DNA of 64,000 nt from a virus (Duplodnaviria; Caudoviricetes), in the IMG/VR virus record IMGVR_UViG_3300028048_000045, positions 1 to 64,000 of that record; one strand, 5' to 3'. Position numbers and translations under genes: made by a program. The notes under the pieces are model-generated. The model was not told where the DNA came from, searched no databases, and was given only the letters and a program-made list of their open reading frames with translations. Position 1 is the first letter of the stretch. Each line of letters opens with the position of its first letter. This document shows positions 29,637-38,676 of the stretch, piece after piece.

Positions 29637-29758
29637 TTTTCTTAGTTTCCTCCACATTAAATGTAAATATTATATTTAATCGTTTTTTAATTATTAATGT
29701 TTTATATATTAATTTGCTGATATAACAATATATCTTAATTTATTGGAGGTACACCGCT

Positions 29759-29983
29759 ATGGCTAATACAAAAGGAAAAAAGAAAACCTCTACTAAACAC
29801 ACCATTTTAAAGGAAATTCTTGAAACTTTACACTTTCATTTATTTGAATCGGGTGGGGAAATGGCCAAAGGTAGTGGACGTCCTGTTTTTACAAACAGAC
29901 CTGGTTGTCTTACTCCAGAGTATTACAATAAAATCAGATCTGAAAGGTTGGCTAAACAACGTGAATGGGATAAAACGCATTAA
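29759..29983 (+). CDS. Small basic hypothetical protein
   Basis: 74 aa; GGAGG RBS. Confidence 0.7.
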   Translation: MANTKGKKKTSTKHTILKEILETLHFHLFESGGEMAKGSGRPVFTNRPGCLTPEYYNKIRSERLAKQREWDKTH

Positions 29984-29985
29984 AA

Positions 29986-30018
29986 AAAAGAGAGGGTGAT
30001 ATAAGTCACCCTCTCTTT
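29986..30018. terminator. Bidirectional terminator
   Basis: aaagagagggtga-tataag-tcaccctctcttt. Confidence 0.8.
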
Positions 30019-30024
30019 CTGAGT

Positions 30025-30267
30025 TTATTTTTTTAAGATGATTTCATAATGATGAACTACTGATGGATTTATTCTATCCATCACTGGCATTACTTCATAA
30101 TCTTTGAATCCGTATTTACGAATCTTGATTAAGAATTCTTCCTTTTCATCATCATTTAGAAAAAGAGGAGCATTCATAGGTTTGCACTCAACGAATGATT
30201 TACCATCTTTTTCTTTGATACGATTTTCTTTAATCATATCAACACATTTGCGCAAATGTTTTGTCAT
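30025..30267 (-). CDS. Hypothetical early protein
   Basis: 80 aa; GGAGG RBS; TATATATTAT promoter at 30285-30294. Confidence 0.7.
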   Translation of the reverse strand: MTKHLRKCVDMIKENRIKEKDGKSFVECKPMNAPLFLNDDEKEEFLIKIRKYGFKDYEVMPVMDRINPSVVHHYEIILKK

Positions 30268-30284
30268 CTATTACCTCCAATATC

Positions 30285-30330
30285 ATAATATATAAAATTA
30301 TTCACTGTTATTTCGTGACAATTAAATATA
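30285..30330. promoter_or_regulatory. Divergent early-type (minus) and late-type (plus) promoters
   Basis: TATATATTAT on minus (30285-30294); ACAattaaATATA on plus (30318-30330). Confidence 0.65.
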
Positions 30331-30351
30331 TTTATTTAAAGGAGATATATT

Positions 30352-31230
30352 ATGGGTAATTCTAATATATTTTCATGTGAACGTAAAGTAATTGATCTTA
30401 ATTCGAAAGATATGTTTTCTATTGAATCTTTTACAACGCTTCAGAAACTTTCTGGAGATAAAATAGATCCTAAAACACAGACTATCCATGATATGCTTTG
30501 GATTTCTATGGATGCTATTTCTAGAAATAGATCTCTTTATGAATCTGTAGGATATTGGGAAGCTATGAACTCTCCATATATTCAGGAATTAATTCATCGT
30601 GGAACATGGTTTGGTGAATTGGATCATCCAGATGCTAATTGTTCTCGTGAACGTTTCTTGAAGGTCGATAAAGATAATATCTCACATCGTTTGATCCGTT
30701 ATAAACGTATTGGTAACGATATTCGTGGAGATATTCAGTTTGTAAAACCTAAGGGAGATATTCCTTGGGATTGGGTTCAGAAAGGTTCTAATATATCTTT
30801 ATCAACTCGTATTCTCACACCTAATTATGAAGAAAGAGAAGATGCTCAGGGAAATCCATATATCCATAAATTTGGAAAAATGCGTCTTGTAACATTCGAC
30901 TGTATTTCTTCTGCACCAGGTTTTAAACCAGCATCTATTGTTGAAAATGTTGATTCATATGATGCTTCTCAAGAGAATTGGAAAGGTCTCGATATCCATT
31001 GGACTGCTGGAAGAAAGAAGGAAGAATTTATGAATCTTCTTAAATCACAGGAATCGCTTCCTATTATGGAAGATATTTATGGATTTAGTATGAAAGATGT
31101 AAAAGATATTTCATATTCTGAAGAAGGTTTAATTTCTCTTCTTATCAAAGACAATGGAGAATATTCTCAGTCTATTAAGATTCCTACAAACGTTTACAAA
31201 GTAAATCAGATCCTTTGTGCTGGACGTTAA
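30352..31230 (+). CDS. Prohead core protease (T4 gp21/U9-like)
   Basis: RNRSLY, FGELDHP, SLSTR, LVTFDCIS..PGF motifs. Confidence 0.85.
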   Translation: MGNSNIFSCERKVIDLNSKDMFSIESFTTLQKLSGDKIDPKTQTIHDMLWISMDAISRNRSLYESVGYWEAMNSPYIQELIHRGTWFGELDHPDANCSRERFLKVDKDNISHRLIRYKRIGNDIRGDIQFVKPKGDIPWDWVQKGSNISLSTRILTPNYEEREDAQGNPYIHKFGKMRLVTFDCISSAPGFKPASIVENVDSYDASQENWKGLDIHWTAGRKKEEFMNLLKSQESLPIMEDIYGFSMKDVKDISYSEEGLISLLIKDNGEYSQSIKIPTNVYKVNQILCAGR

Positions 31231-31257
31231 TCTTATTTAAAGGAGGTCCAGTTATAA

Positions 31258-32007
31258 ATGATTTCAAGAACTAGATTACTTGCAAGTTTGGAAATCTCGG
31301 TTGGACCTAAGATCATGGGTTTGATTTCAGAAAACATGATCAATAACGTTCTAAACGTAAAGGTATTGCCAAGATTTTCACAATGGTATCCTAAAATCTA
31401 TGATGTAAGAATTCGTAGAGAGGATGCTATTCCTTTTAGGGACTACTCTGGAAAAATTACAAATTATGGTACATATCGAATTCCTAAACAATTTGAAGTA
31501 CCATGGATCGATGAGCAAGAAGATATCGAATGGTTTGATATTTTTGATTACCAAATTGGTGGTAATGATACATCAGATGTATATACTGGTGGAAACTTTA
31601 TGTTAAACCAAATCTTCTTATCTGCTAGAGCAGATATGCCTCATACACGATCATATTATTTAGTAACTTTCCAAGAACCGGATTTACTTATAGTAGATCC
31701 ACCTCAGCAATCTCATAGAGATTTTACTGTACAACTGAAAGCAAACAGAACTTTAAAAACAATTCCAAAAAATATTCAACCATTATTTGAAGAATACTTC
31801 ATTGCTTATATGAAATTTGCTTTATATCATAAGTATAAATATGAAGGTGGTAATCAATCATTTGGTGGTGTTGATATCGAAACTAAGATTGATGAGTACA
31901 GTAGTGCCGAATCTGATATTAAAGAATTAGAAGCAATCTTTGAAAAAGATTGTGTTCATAATCCTGAAACTTTCCAAGTTCAGTGTCTTTATCAGAAAAA
32001 AGGTTAA
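31258..32007 (+). CDS. Virion structural protein (neck/adaptor, gp13-like candidate)
   Basis: Follows protease; C-terminal KYKYEGGNQSFGGVDIE pattern. Confidence 0.5.
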   Translation: MISRTRLLASLEISVGPKIMGLISENMINNVLNVKVLPRFSQWYPKIYDVRIRREDAIPFRDYSGKITNYGTYRIPKQFEVPWIDEQEDIEWFDIFDYQIGGNDTSDVYTGGNFMLNQIFLSARADMPHTRSYYLVTFQEPDLLIVDPPQQSHRDFTVQLKANRTLKTIPKNIQPLFEEYFIAYMKFALYHKYKYEGGNQSFGGVDIETKIDEYSSAESDIKELEAIFEKDCVHNPETFQVQCLYQKKG

Positions 32008-32077
32008 AAAAGAAGGGAGAAATATCTCCCTTCTTTTATATTATTAATTATTCAGTAACATATATGTATATAACAAA

Positions 32078-32233
32078 TTATGTATATATGCATTTATTTG
32101 TTACCGGATCTATACCAGTTATACGGATAAATTCCTCTCTTGTTAATTGTTTAGTTCTAACAAAAGGGAATTTAGATCCGTGAAATTCGACTGGTACACT
32201 ATAATAATAAGTGTACTTTTTAATTTCGTTCAT
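32078..32233 (-). CDS. Small hypothetical early protein (51 aa)
   Basis: Start MNEIKK behind AAGGCGGT; TATATATTAT at 32309-32318. Confidence 0.55.
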   Translation of the reverse strand: MNEIKKYTYYYSVPVEFHGSKFPFVRTKQLTREEFIRITGIDPVTNKCIYT

Positions 32234-32372
32234 CGTGCTCACCGCCTTGAATAAAATTAAATTTAGAGAGGGGTGTTCGAGCACCCCTCTCTATTTTTAT
32301 TCATTATTATAATATATAAAAAAAAGAAGATGGCTAAAAACCATCTTCTTTTTGAAAATTTAGATGTTTATA

Positions 32373-32729
32373 TTAAAGATGTATATTTGTATAATCTCTA
32401 ATATAAGTATCAGACAATGTGTTACACATATACACAGAACCTGCATATGCTCCTAACACAGTGAATGCTTCAGATTCGAAACATTCTGTGACAAAACTTG
32501 CATCAATTGAAAGATCGTCTTTCTTTAACACAATACCATAACCTGTTTGATTTCCATCAGAATCGTTACAAACTCCGATATAATCTTTGTCACACTTGAA
32601 TGATATTCTTTTAAATTCAAGTGTGAACTGGTATTTAGTGTTACCTTCTCCGATTCCTTCTATATTCATAGAAGTTAGCATTTTTCCAAATTCAATTGTG
32701 CCAATTTCATAATTTGTTAGCTTTCTCAT
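32373..32729 (-). CDS. Hypothetical early protein
   Basis: 118 aa; AAGGAG RBS; TGTATATTAT at 32762-32771. Confidence 0.75.
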   Translation of the reverse strand: MRKLTNYEIGTIEFGKMLTSMNIEGIGEGNTKYQFTLEFKRISFKCDKDYIGVCNDSDGNQTGYGIVLKKDDLSIDASFVTECFESEAFTVLGAYAGSVYMCNTLSDTYIRDYTNIHL

Positions 32730-32835
32730 ATAATCTCCTTGACTTATTTATAGTCATTAATATAATATACAAAAAAAAATGGTTTTTACAAAATAATACG
32801 AACTTTAACACTTGAATATGAATAGGAGACATATA

Positions 32836-33909
32836 ATGAAAAACAAATCTAAACGTTTTGACAAATTGTTTTTAAAGAGATATAAGAAGTCTAAATCTTT
32901 TAAATATGATAAAGAAATGATTAATGAATTGTATAATTTATTTGTAGAAAATTATAAAACTACAGGTTATATATTCGATGGATCAAATATTTCATATTTA
33001 ACAAATAATTATGTTAAAGTTAATAATTATACAGAGCTTCCAAAAAATTTAACCTCAGCTTGTGTATATTTGGAAGAAATATCGAATATAATTTATATTT
33101 TTGATAAAGTTATAGAATTTAATTACGATATATTAGCAATGGATGTAATGTACAATGTTGATAAACTTACTGGAAAAGTAAATGTAAATAATTTTATTAA
33201 TAATATTTTGGCATTAACTAGTAGATGTGTTAAAAATATTTATATAATAAAAAGAGGTTACGATACAAATTATGATCATTTTAAAAATGATAAAACTATT
33301 ATATTTGATAACTTTTTTATGAAAATTATATCCATAATTAATAAATATATCGAAGAACACGATGAATGTAAAAAGAATTATGAATATGCAGATTATTTAT
33401 CAAATAAAACTGTTGAAAAATTTAATAAACAACAAACATCAATTTTCGCTACGATAAAATTTTGGTATCATAAAAATATAAAACCTTTTTTCAAATGGTT
33501 AATAGCTGATGATTCGATCATAATAGAATCATATAATTCATCTGTAAACAATGATGAAGAAATTGTAAATGACGGTTTGATGTATAAAGATGTTGTAGAG
33601 CATATAAACTATGCTTTAGGTAAATTAAACGATAAAACAATTATTGATCTCATGTTTAAATACAAATATGTACCATTTGAAGAACGTTTTTCTGGCGAAA
33701 TGCAAAATATTTTCAAAAAACCTTTAAATGAAATTACATCGGAAAACAATAAACAATATATTGGTGAATTGAAAACTATAGGTAAATCGGTTGAAGGCGA
33801 TTATGAAAATATAAAGACTAAAATGTATAATTCTATTTTAGACTTATCACATTATATTTCAGGCATCAACGCATGTTTAATAATGGGTAACGTTCTTCGT
33901 AATTTATAA
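32836..33909 (+). CDS. Hypothetical protein
   Basis: Start MKNKSK behind AGGAG; late-type promoter at 32808-32820. Confidence 0.7.
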   Translation: MKNKSKRFDKLFLKRYKKSKSFKYDKEMINELYNLFVENYKTTGYIFDGSNISYLTNNYVKVNNYTELPKNLTSACVYLEEISNIIYIFDKVIEFNYDILAMDVMYNVDKLTGKVNVNNFINNILALTSRCVKNIYIIKRGYDTNYDHFKNDKTIIFDNFFMKIISIINKYIEEHDECKKNYEYADYLSNKTVEKFNKQQTSIFATIKFWYHKNIKPFFKWLIADDSIIIESYNSSVNNDEEIVNDGLMYKDVVEHINYALGKLNDKTIIDLMFKYKYVPFEERFSGEMQNIFKKPLNEITSENNKQYIGELKTIGKSVEGDYENIKTKMYNSILDLSHYISGINACLIMGNVLRNL

Positions 33910-33965
33910 AAAAAAATAAAGTTACCCGAATAATATCGGGTAACTTTATTATATTTCAAATAAAC

Positions 33966-34316
33966 TTAATAATTTTTAATATTAAGTTTGTTTTTGTGTC
34001 TCAGATCCATGTATGTTTCTGTTGCGTACAACATGTCATACATAAGATCTTCCTGTCTTTCGACAAGGCTCTGATCCGTTTCATATGGATCATAAATATT
34101 AGCAAGATCATGTTCGAATCTGATCTTAGTTAATAATGCGATTTTCTCGCCAACAATATCGGTTGTTTCTTTAACCGAATATTTTTTCATGGAATTGTAG
34201 TAAGCGATTAAACGCTTTCCATGTTTTTCCATAACTTCATTAGAGACCCTATCATAGTCTTTAATGATTTCTTCCATCTTTTGGATTGGAAGAACAATCT
34301 TGTCGAATGTTATCAT
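33966..34316 (-). CDS. Hypothetical early protein
   Basis: 116 aa; TGTATATTAT at 34384-34393; terminator at 33916-33949. Confidence 0.7.
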   Translation of the reverse strand: MITFDKIVLPIQKMEEIIKDYDRVSNEVMEKHGKRLIAYYNSMKKYSVKETTDIVGEKIALLTKIRFEHDLANIYDPYETDQSLVERQEDLMYDMLYATETYMDLRHKNKLNIKNY

Positions 34317-34450
34317 AATAACTTATCCCTTGACTATAATTATTTTATTTTGTAAGAGTTTATAGTCATCCACCCTCATTAATATAATATACAAAAAAGA
34401 ATAATAGATTTACAAAAAAAAAGAGAGGAATAAATCCTCTCTTTATTACA

Positions 34451-34789
34451 TTATAAAACAATAGCGTTTGGAATTGCTTTACATTCGTTTCGATAGTTTA
34501 TGATATCGGAATAATCACTATAAAGAACTTTTTGGTAATGGCTAGTTGCGACTATTATATTAGGTTTATAAGTGGATCCATTATGTCGAATGACATTGAA
34601 ATAAATCCATTCATCGTCCAATAACCATGCTTCACGTTTATTGAAATCAATTATTACGAATGTAACATTTTTGAAACTATCCCCTTGAGCAGGAATAAAT
34701 TCATTTACTACATCGCACCCTAATAGATCAGTCTCCAATTTACCAATGAATAAACCGCTATCAGTACTACCGTGTTGACAAAATAACAT
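34451..34789 (-). CDS. Hypothetical protein
   Basis: 112 aa; both promoter types upstream (34811-34823, 34833-34842). Confidence 0.7.
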   Translation of the reverse strand: MLFCQHGSTDSGLFIGKLETDLLGCDVVNEFIPAQGDSFKNVTFVIIDFNKREAWLLDDEWIYFNVIRHNGSTYKPNIIVATSHYQKVLYSDYSDIINYRNECKAIPNAIVL

Positions 34790-34844
34790 TTTAACCCCTC
34801 AATTTATAAATATATTTATCTGTCACATTAGTATAATATATAAA

Positions 34845-35702
34845 TTAATAAGGAAGTTCTATATATTTTTTCAAGAAATCGTCGAATGAAAAATTTTCAA
34901 TAGGTTCATATTCATTACATTTGCATCTATTTAACAAAGGTTTTAATGTATATTCTCTTTTTAATTCATCTGGATAAGATTCATCTTTTGGATATTTTGC
35001 ACCTTTAGCATATCCATGCTTGTCAATCCATTTATTAAAACGTTTTTCTCTATTAAAAAACGAAACATAATCTTTAGCTTTAGCCTCTTCATCTTCAAAT
35101 TCTTTAAAATATTTTTTGTGTAAATCACACATTTGACGATGCGTTAATCTAAAAGATTCGATGTCTGCATCAGGATATCTTTCTTTAAAAGTATCGACAC
35201 TCATATCAGCAACACCCATAATATTCATACTTGGATCACCAACATAGACATTTATCTTATCACAATAGTGTTTACATTTAAAACATTTGTGTTTAGCAAA
35301 ACGTTTTTTATCATTTTCATAAATTTCTTGTTTAAGTTCATCTTCATAGTATTTCTTAAGTTTTTCTGGAAGATAAAATAATCTAAAAATTGGATAACCT
35401 CTTAGAACTTGAACTTCTATATAAGAAAATACTTTATCTCTAAATTCTTCAGAATCCAGAGATTCATTTTCATTATAAAGTAAGTTATCCAGTTCCATAT
35501 TCATGGACCAAATACTATGACCCATTATTTCTTCATGAACCAAACCCCAATTTACTGAAGCACTTTCACCAAATGTTTCTAGACCGTATATTTCAAGAAA
35601 TTTTATAAACCATTTAAATAAAAATATTTTTTTATTATCCGATAATCTTTCTTTTTCATCATAATCCATAGTCAAACTCCATATTATATCATATATTGAC
35701 AT
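34845..35702 (-). CDS. Hypothetical protein with Cys cluster
   Basis: 285 aa; CFKCKHYC and RCKC. Confidence 0.7.
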   Translation of the reverse strand: MSIYDIIWSLTMDYDEKERLSDNKKIFLFKWFIKFLEIYGLETFGESASVNWGLVHEEIMGHSIWSMNMELDNLLYNENESLDSEEFRDKVFSYIEVQVLRGYPIFRLFYLPEKLKKYYEDELKQEIYENDKKRFAKHKCFKCKHYCDKINVYVGDPSMNIMGVADMSVDTFKERYPDADIESFRLTHRQMCDLHKKYFKEFEDEEAKAKDYVSFFNREKRFNKWIDKHGYAKGAKYPKDESYPDELKREYTLKPLLNRCKCNEYEPIENFSFDDFLKKYIELPY

Positions 35703-35795
35703 TAAGATGTATTCAAGTTTGTAATTTTAAAAATTCTTTTGAATATATAATTATAGGACGAAGATAAAGAATTTTAAAGTTTGGAGTTAAACAAT

Positions 35796-37721
35796 ATGAA
35801 GATGGGAACATTAGGATCGTACGATAGTACAACTGATTATTCTGAATTTAAGAGACGAAAACCTAATAAAAAATATAGATCACATTTAGTTTCTGAGCGT
35901 TTCTTGCTCATGATTATAAAAGTTTTAGCAAGTGATATTACAGTTAACAGACGTTCTCTTGCTAATATAAAACGCTTCTTAACTATCATAGATAGGGATT
36001 ATTATTGTAGAAGCGAAAATATAGAAGCTATGCTTCTAGTTTGTGATTTGTTAGTTTCAATTAGAACTAAAAATCCTCATGGAGTTTCATTAGAATCGTT
36101 AACATATAAAGTTGAAAATCTTTTAGTTGAACCTTATGATAAAGTAAGAGATCAATTAATTATACCTCAGATTAATGTTGCAAAAGATGAATTGCCTGAA
36201 GATGATCTTGAATATATTACAAATAGCCTAGATCAAAATCTTAAGTTTTCATACATTCTTGATGTAAAAGATAATCTTATTGAATTAACAAACGATATCG
36301 AAACATCATCTTATACCGATTTTCCAAATTTATTACATCAGTATCGTGATTTAGTTACTGGTATTATGAACTTTTTCAGAAGTACAGATTCAAGTTCAAT
36401 GACTAATGAAATTGTTCATACTGGAGATCCAACATTCTTAGATATTCTTTATGATACTTATGAAGCTATTCGTAATCCAGCATCTGCTTTACAAACAGGT
36501 TGGCAGGCATTGAACTCTGCACTTGGACCTCGTGGTGGATTCCAGAATAAAAACTTATATTGTCTTCATGCTAATACTAACTCATTTAAATCTGCAATGC
36601 TTCTTCATATTTCTCGTATGATTAAGGAATATAATGCTTCGAGAGTTATTGATGAATTTAAACGTACTGGAAAGATTCCAACAGTTCTTCACATTAGTAT
36701 GGAGAATGATAATGATGAAGATAATGAACGTTTGTATAAGACTGTAGTTAAGAAAGATCTTGGAAAATGTACATCTCGAGAAGAACTTAATCAGTCTTGG
36801 GAACACAATTTCGGAAATTCTAATAGTGAAGAAGAAAATCCTATTGATATTTCATTCTTGCATGTTGATGCTAGATCTCTTAGTGTTGATGAAATTGATG
36901 TTATTATTGAAAATCTTGAAGAAGAAGGATATCGTGTAATTGCTTGTGTCGTTGATTATTTAGGTTTAATTAAACCTAGAATGGAAGATATGGGTAAAGA
37001 TAACCGTCTTCAGTTAAAGAATATTGCAGATGATTTACTTTCACTTGCAAAGAATAGAGATATTCCAGTTATTACAGCTCATCAGATTAACCGTTCTGGT
37101 GGTGCAGTTCTTACAAACTTAAAGAATCAAGGTGGAGTTAATGCTATTTCACAAATGACTAATGAATTCATTGGTGAATCTTATGGTATTGAACAGGCTG
37201 TTTCATGGTCAGCATTTATCGATATTGAAATTCATGGTGAAGATCGTTGGTTGATGTTTAAGCGAAACAAATCTCGTTATAAGAATAAGTTTGGCACAGA
37301 AACATTTGTAATGAAGATCCGTGATGGTATTATCATTGATGATGATATCTATCTTTCAACTCCATTGTCACTTCCTAAGATTCCTGATGGAATTGGAACT
37401 GATGATGCTAATCAGAATCAAGGTTCTAGAGGTATTATTGATATTAGAGATAATAAACATAAAACACCTCCAAAAGATCATCTTATTAAAGTTAAATCTT
37501 CAACTGAAGAAAGAGAAGACTTCCTTAATTCTAAAGAAAAGGTTCCTATCGAATATATCGATTGGAATAATTGGATTTATTATCTTGATACTGGTGATTA
37601 CGAAACAGAAGATTTCTATGTTTGGTCTAACTCTGAAATGTCATATTATGATAGATCGTTTGTTATTGGAGAAACAGAATATGTTAGCTGCGATTTTAAC
37701 GAAGAAGTAGCTTACGCTTAA
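35796..37721 (+). CDS. dnaB: Replicative DnaB-like helicase (phiKZ-type)
   Basis: TGWQALN, ANTNSFKS (Walker A variant), ISMEN, VVDYLGLI, ITAHQINR, KSR; adjacent to the capsid gene. Confidence 0.85.
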   Translation: MKMGTLGSYDSTTDYSEFKRRKPNKKYRSHLVSERFLLMIIKVLASDITVNRRSLANIKRFLTIIDRDYYCRSENIEAMLLVCDLLVSIRTKNPHGVSLESLTYKVENLLVEPYDKVRDQLIIPQINVAKDELPEDDLEYITNSLDQNLKFSYILDVKDNLIELTNDIETSSYTDFPNLLHQYRDLVTGIMNFFRSTDSSSMTNEIVHTGDPTFLDILYDTYEAIRNPASALQTGWQALNSALGPRGGFQNKNLYCLHANTNSFKSAMLLHISRMIKEYNASRVIDEFKRTGKIPTVLHISMENDNDEDNERLYKTVVKKDLGKCTSREELNQSWEHNFGNSNSEEENPIDISFLHVDARSLSVDEIDVIIENLEEEGYRVIACVVDYLGLIKPRMEDMGKDNRLQLKNIADDLLSLAKNRDIPVITAHQINRSGGAVLTNLKNQGGVNAISQMTNEFIGESYGIEQAVSWSAFIDIEIHGEDRWLMFKRNKSRYKNKFGTETFVMKIRDGIIIDDDIYLSTPLSLPKIPDGIGTDDANQNQGSRGIIDIRDNKHKTPPKDHLIKVKSSTEEREDFLNSKEKVPIEYIDWNNWIYYLDTGDYETEDFYVWSNSEMSYYDRSFVIGETEYVSCDFNEEVAYA

Positions 37722-37734
37722 TTTAACAGGTTAT

Positions 37735-37900
37735 AAATAAATTAAGCTCAAATTCTTTATCTTCAAATGGAATCGTGTAGTTTTCATAACTCTCCTTAGG
37801 ATTTAGTATACATCGTCGATGGTATTAGATCTTATGAGTTTAATTTGTTTTGATACCTTTAAATAAAACAGGTGCTGGGTAAAACCAGCACCTTCCTTTT
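37735..37900 (+). ncRNA. Candidate structured small RNA with antisense loop
   Basis: 12-bp outer stem (37739-37750/37835-37846), 17-bp inner stem with 4 G-U pairs (37797-37834), loop antisense to SD+AUG, terminator at 37871-37900. Confidence 0.5.
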
Positions 37901-37915
37901 ACTTTTTTCTTTATT

Positions 37916-37928
37916 ACATTATAATATA
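37916..37928 (+). promoter_or_regulatory. Late-type promoter of capsid operon
   Basis: ACAttataATATA. Confidence 0.7.
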
Positions 37929-37957
37929 ACTTAAATTATACCTTTAGGGCGACTTTT

Positions 37958-38647
37958 ATGATAAATCATTCTAAAATTCTTAGCTTTTCATCAAATTTTG
38001 GTTCAAAAGCTAATAGCACAGAGTCCCTCGAGGACAAAAAAATAGAACAAAATGATATAATTCACCAGGAATATGAACAATCTCTTGAAGAAGAAACATT
38101 TGAAGATGCTGCTAATGAAGAATCTTCTGGCGGCGATTCAGGTGATGATGGTTTAGGAGATATGGAAGACGATATGGATTCGCTTGATTCTCAGATGGAC
38201 GGTATGGACGATGGGGATTTTGGTGGAGATGATATGGATTCTTCCGATGGTGGATCAGATGGGTCGGATGGAGCCACTGGTGTAGACGATCTAGAAAAAA
38301 ATAGAGGATCTTCATTAAATCCATTTACCCAGATTAATCAAAAAAACTATCTTATTGGTGAGTTGAATGAACTGTCTGACTCCATTCAACATACGATTAC
38401 AGAGTATAATAACATGTACGCTGACTGGTCTGAATTAACTCAGCTACGTGAACTCAAATCTATGTTAGATGAAGAACGTAATTCGTTCATTATGCAACAG
38501 AATCCGGAAAATTTAATTAAGTTGAGGTTGTATATGAAACAATACGAGACTATAGTTAAAAAACTCAGCAGTATGATAAGTGATAAAGCTAAACGTGATA
38601 GTAAGTTATCTCAGAATAACAAATCTACTCCGGTTAGTAAAAATTAA
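37958..38647 (+). CDS. Acidic head-assembly/scaffold-like protein
   Basis: D/G/M-rich region, S-x-E motifs; lies between helicase and capsid genes. Confidence 0.55.
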   Translation: MINHSKILSFSSNFGSKANSTESLEDKKIEQNDIIHQEYEQSLEEETFEDAANEESSGGDSGDDGLGDMEDDMDSLDSQMDGMDDGDFGGDDMDSSDGGSDGSDGATGVDDLEKNRGSSLNPFTQINQKNYLIGELNELSDSIQHTITEYNNMYADWSELTQLRELKSMLDEERNSFIMQQNPENLIKLRLYMKQYETIVKKLSSMISDKAKRDSKLSQNNKSTPVSKN

Positions 38648-38676
38648 ATTCCTTTATTCTTTTAAGGAGAAATAAA

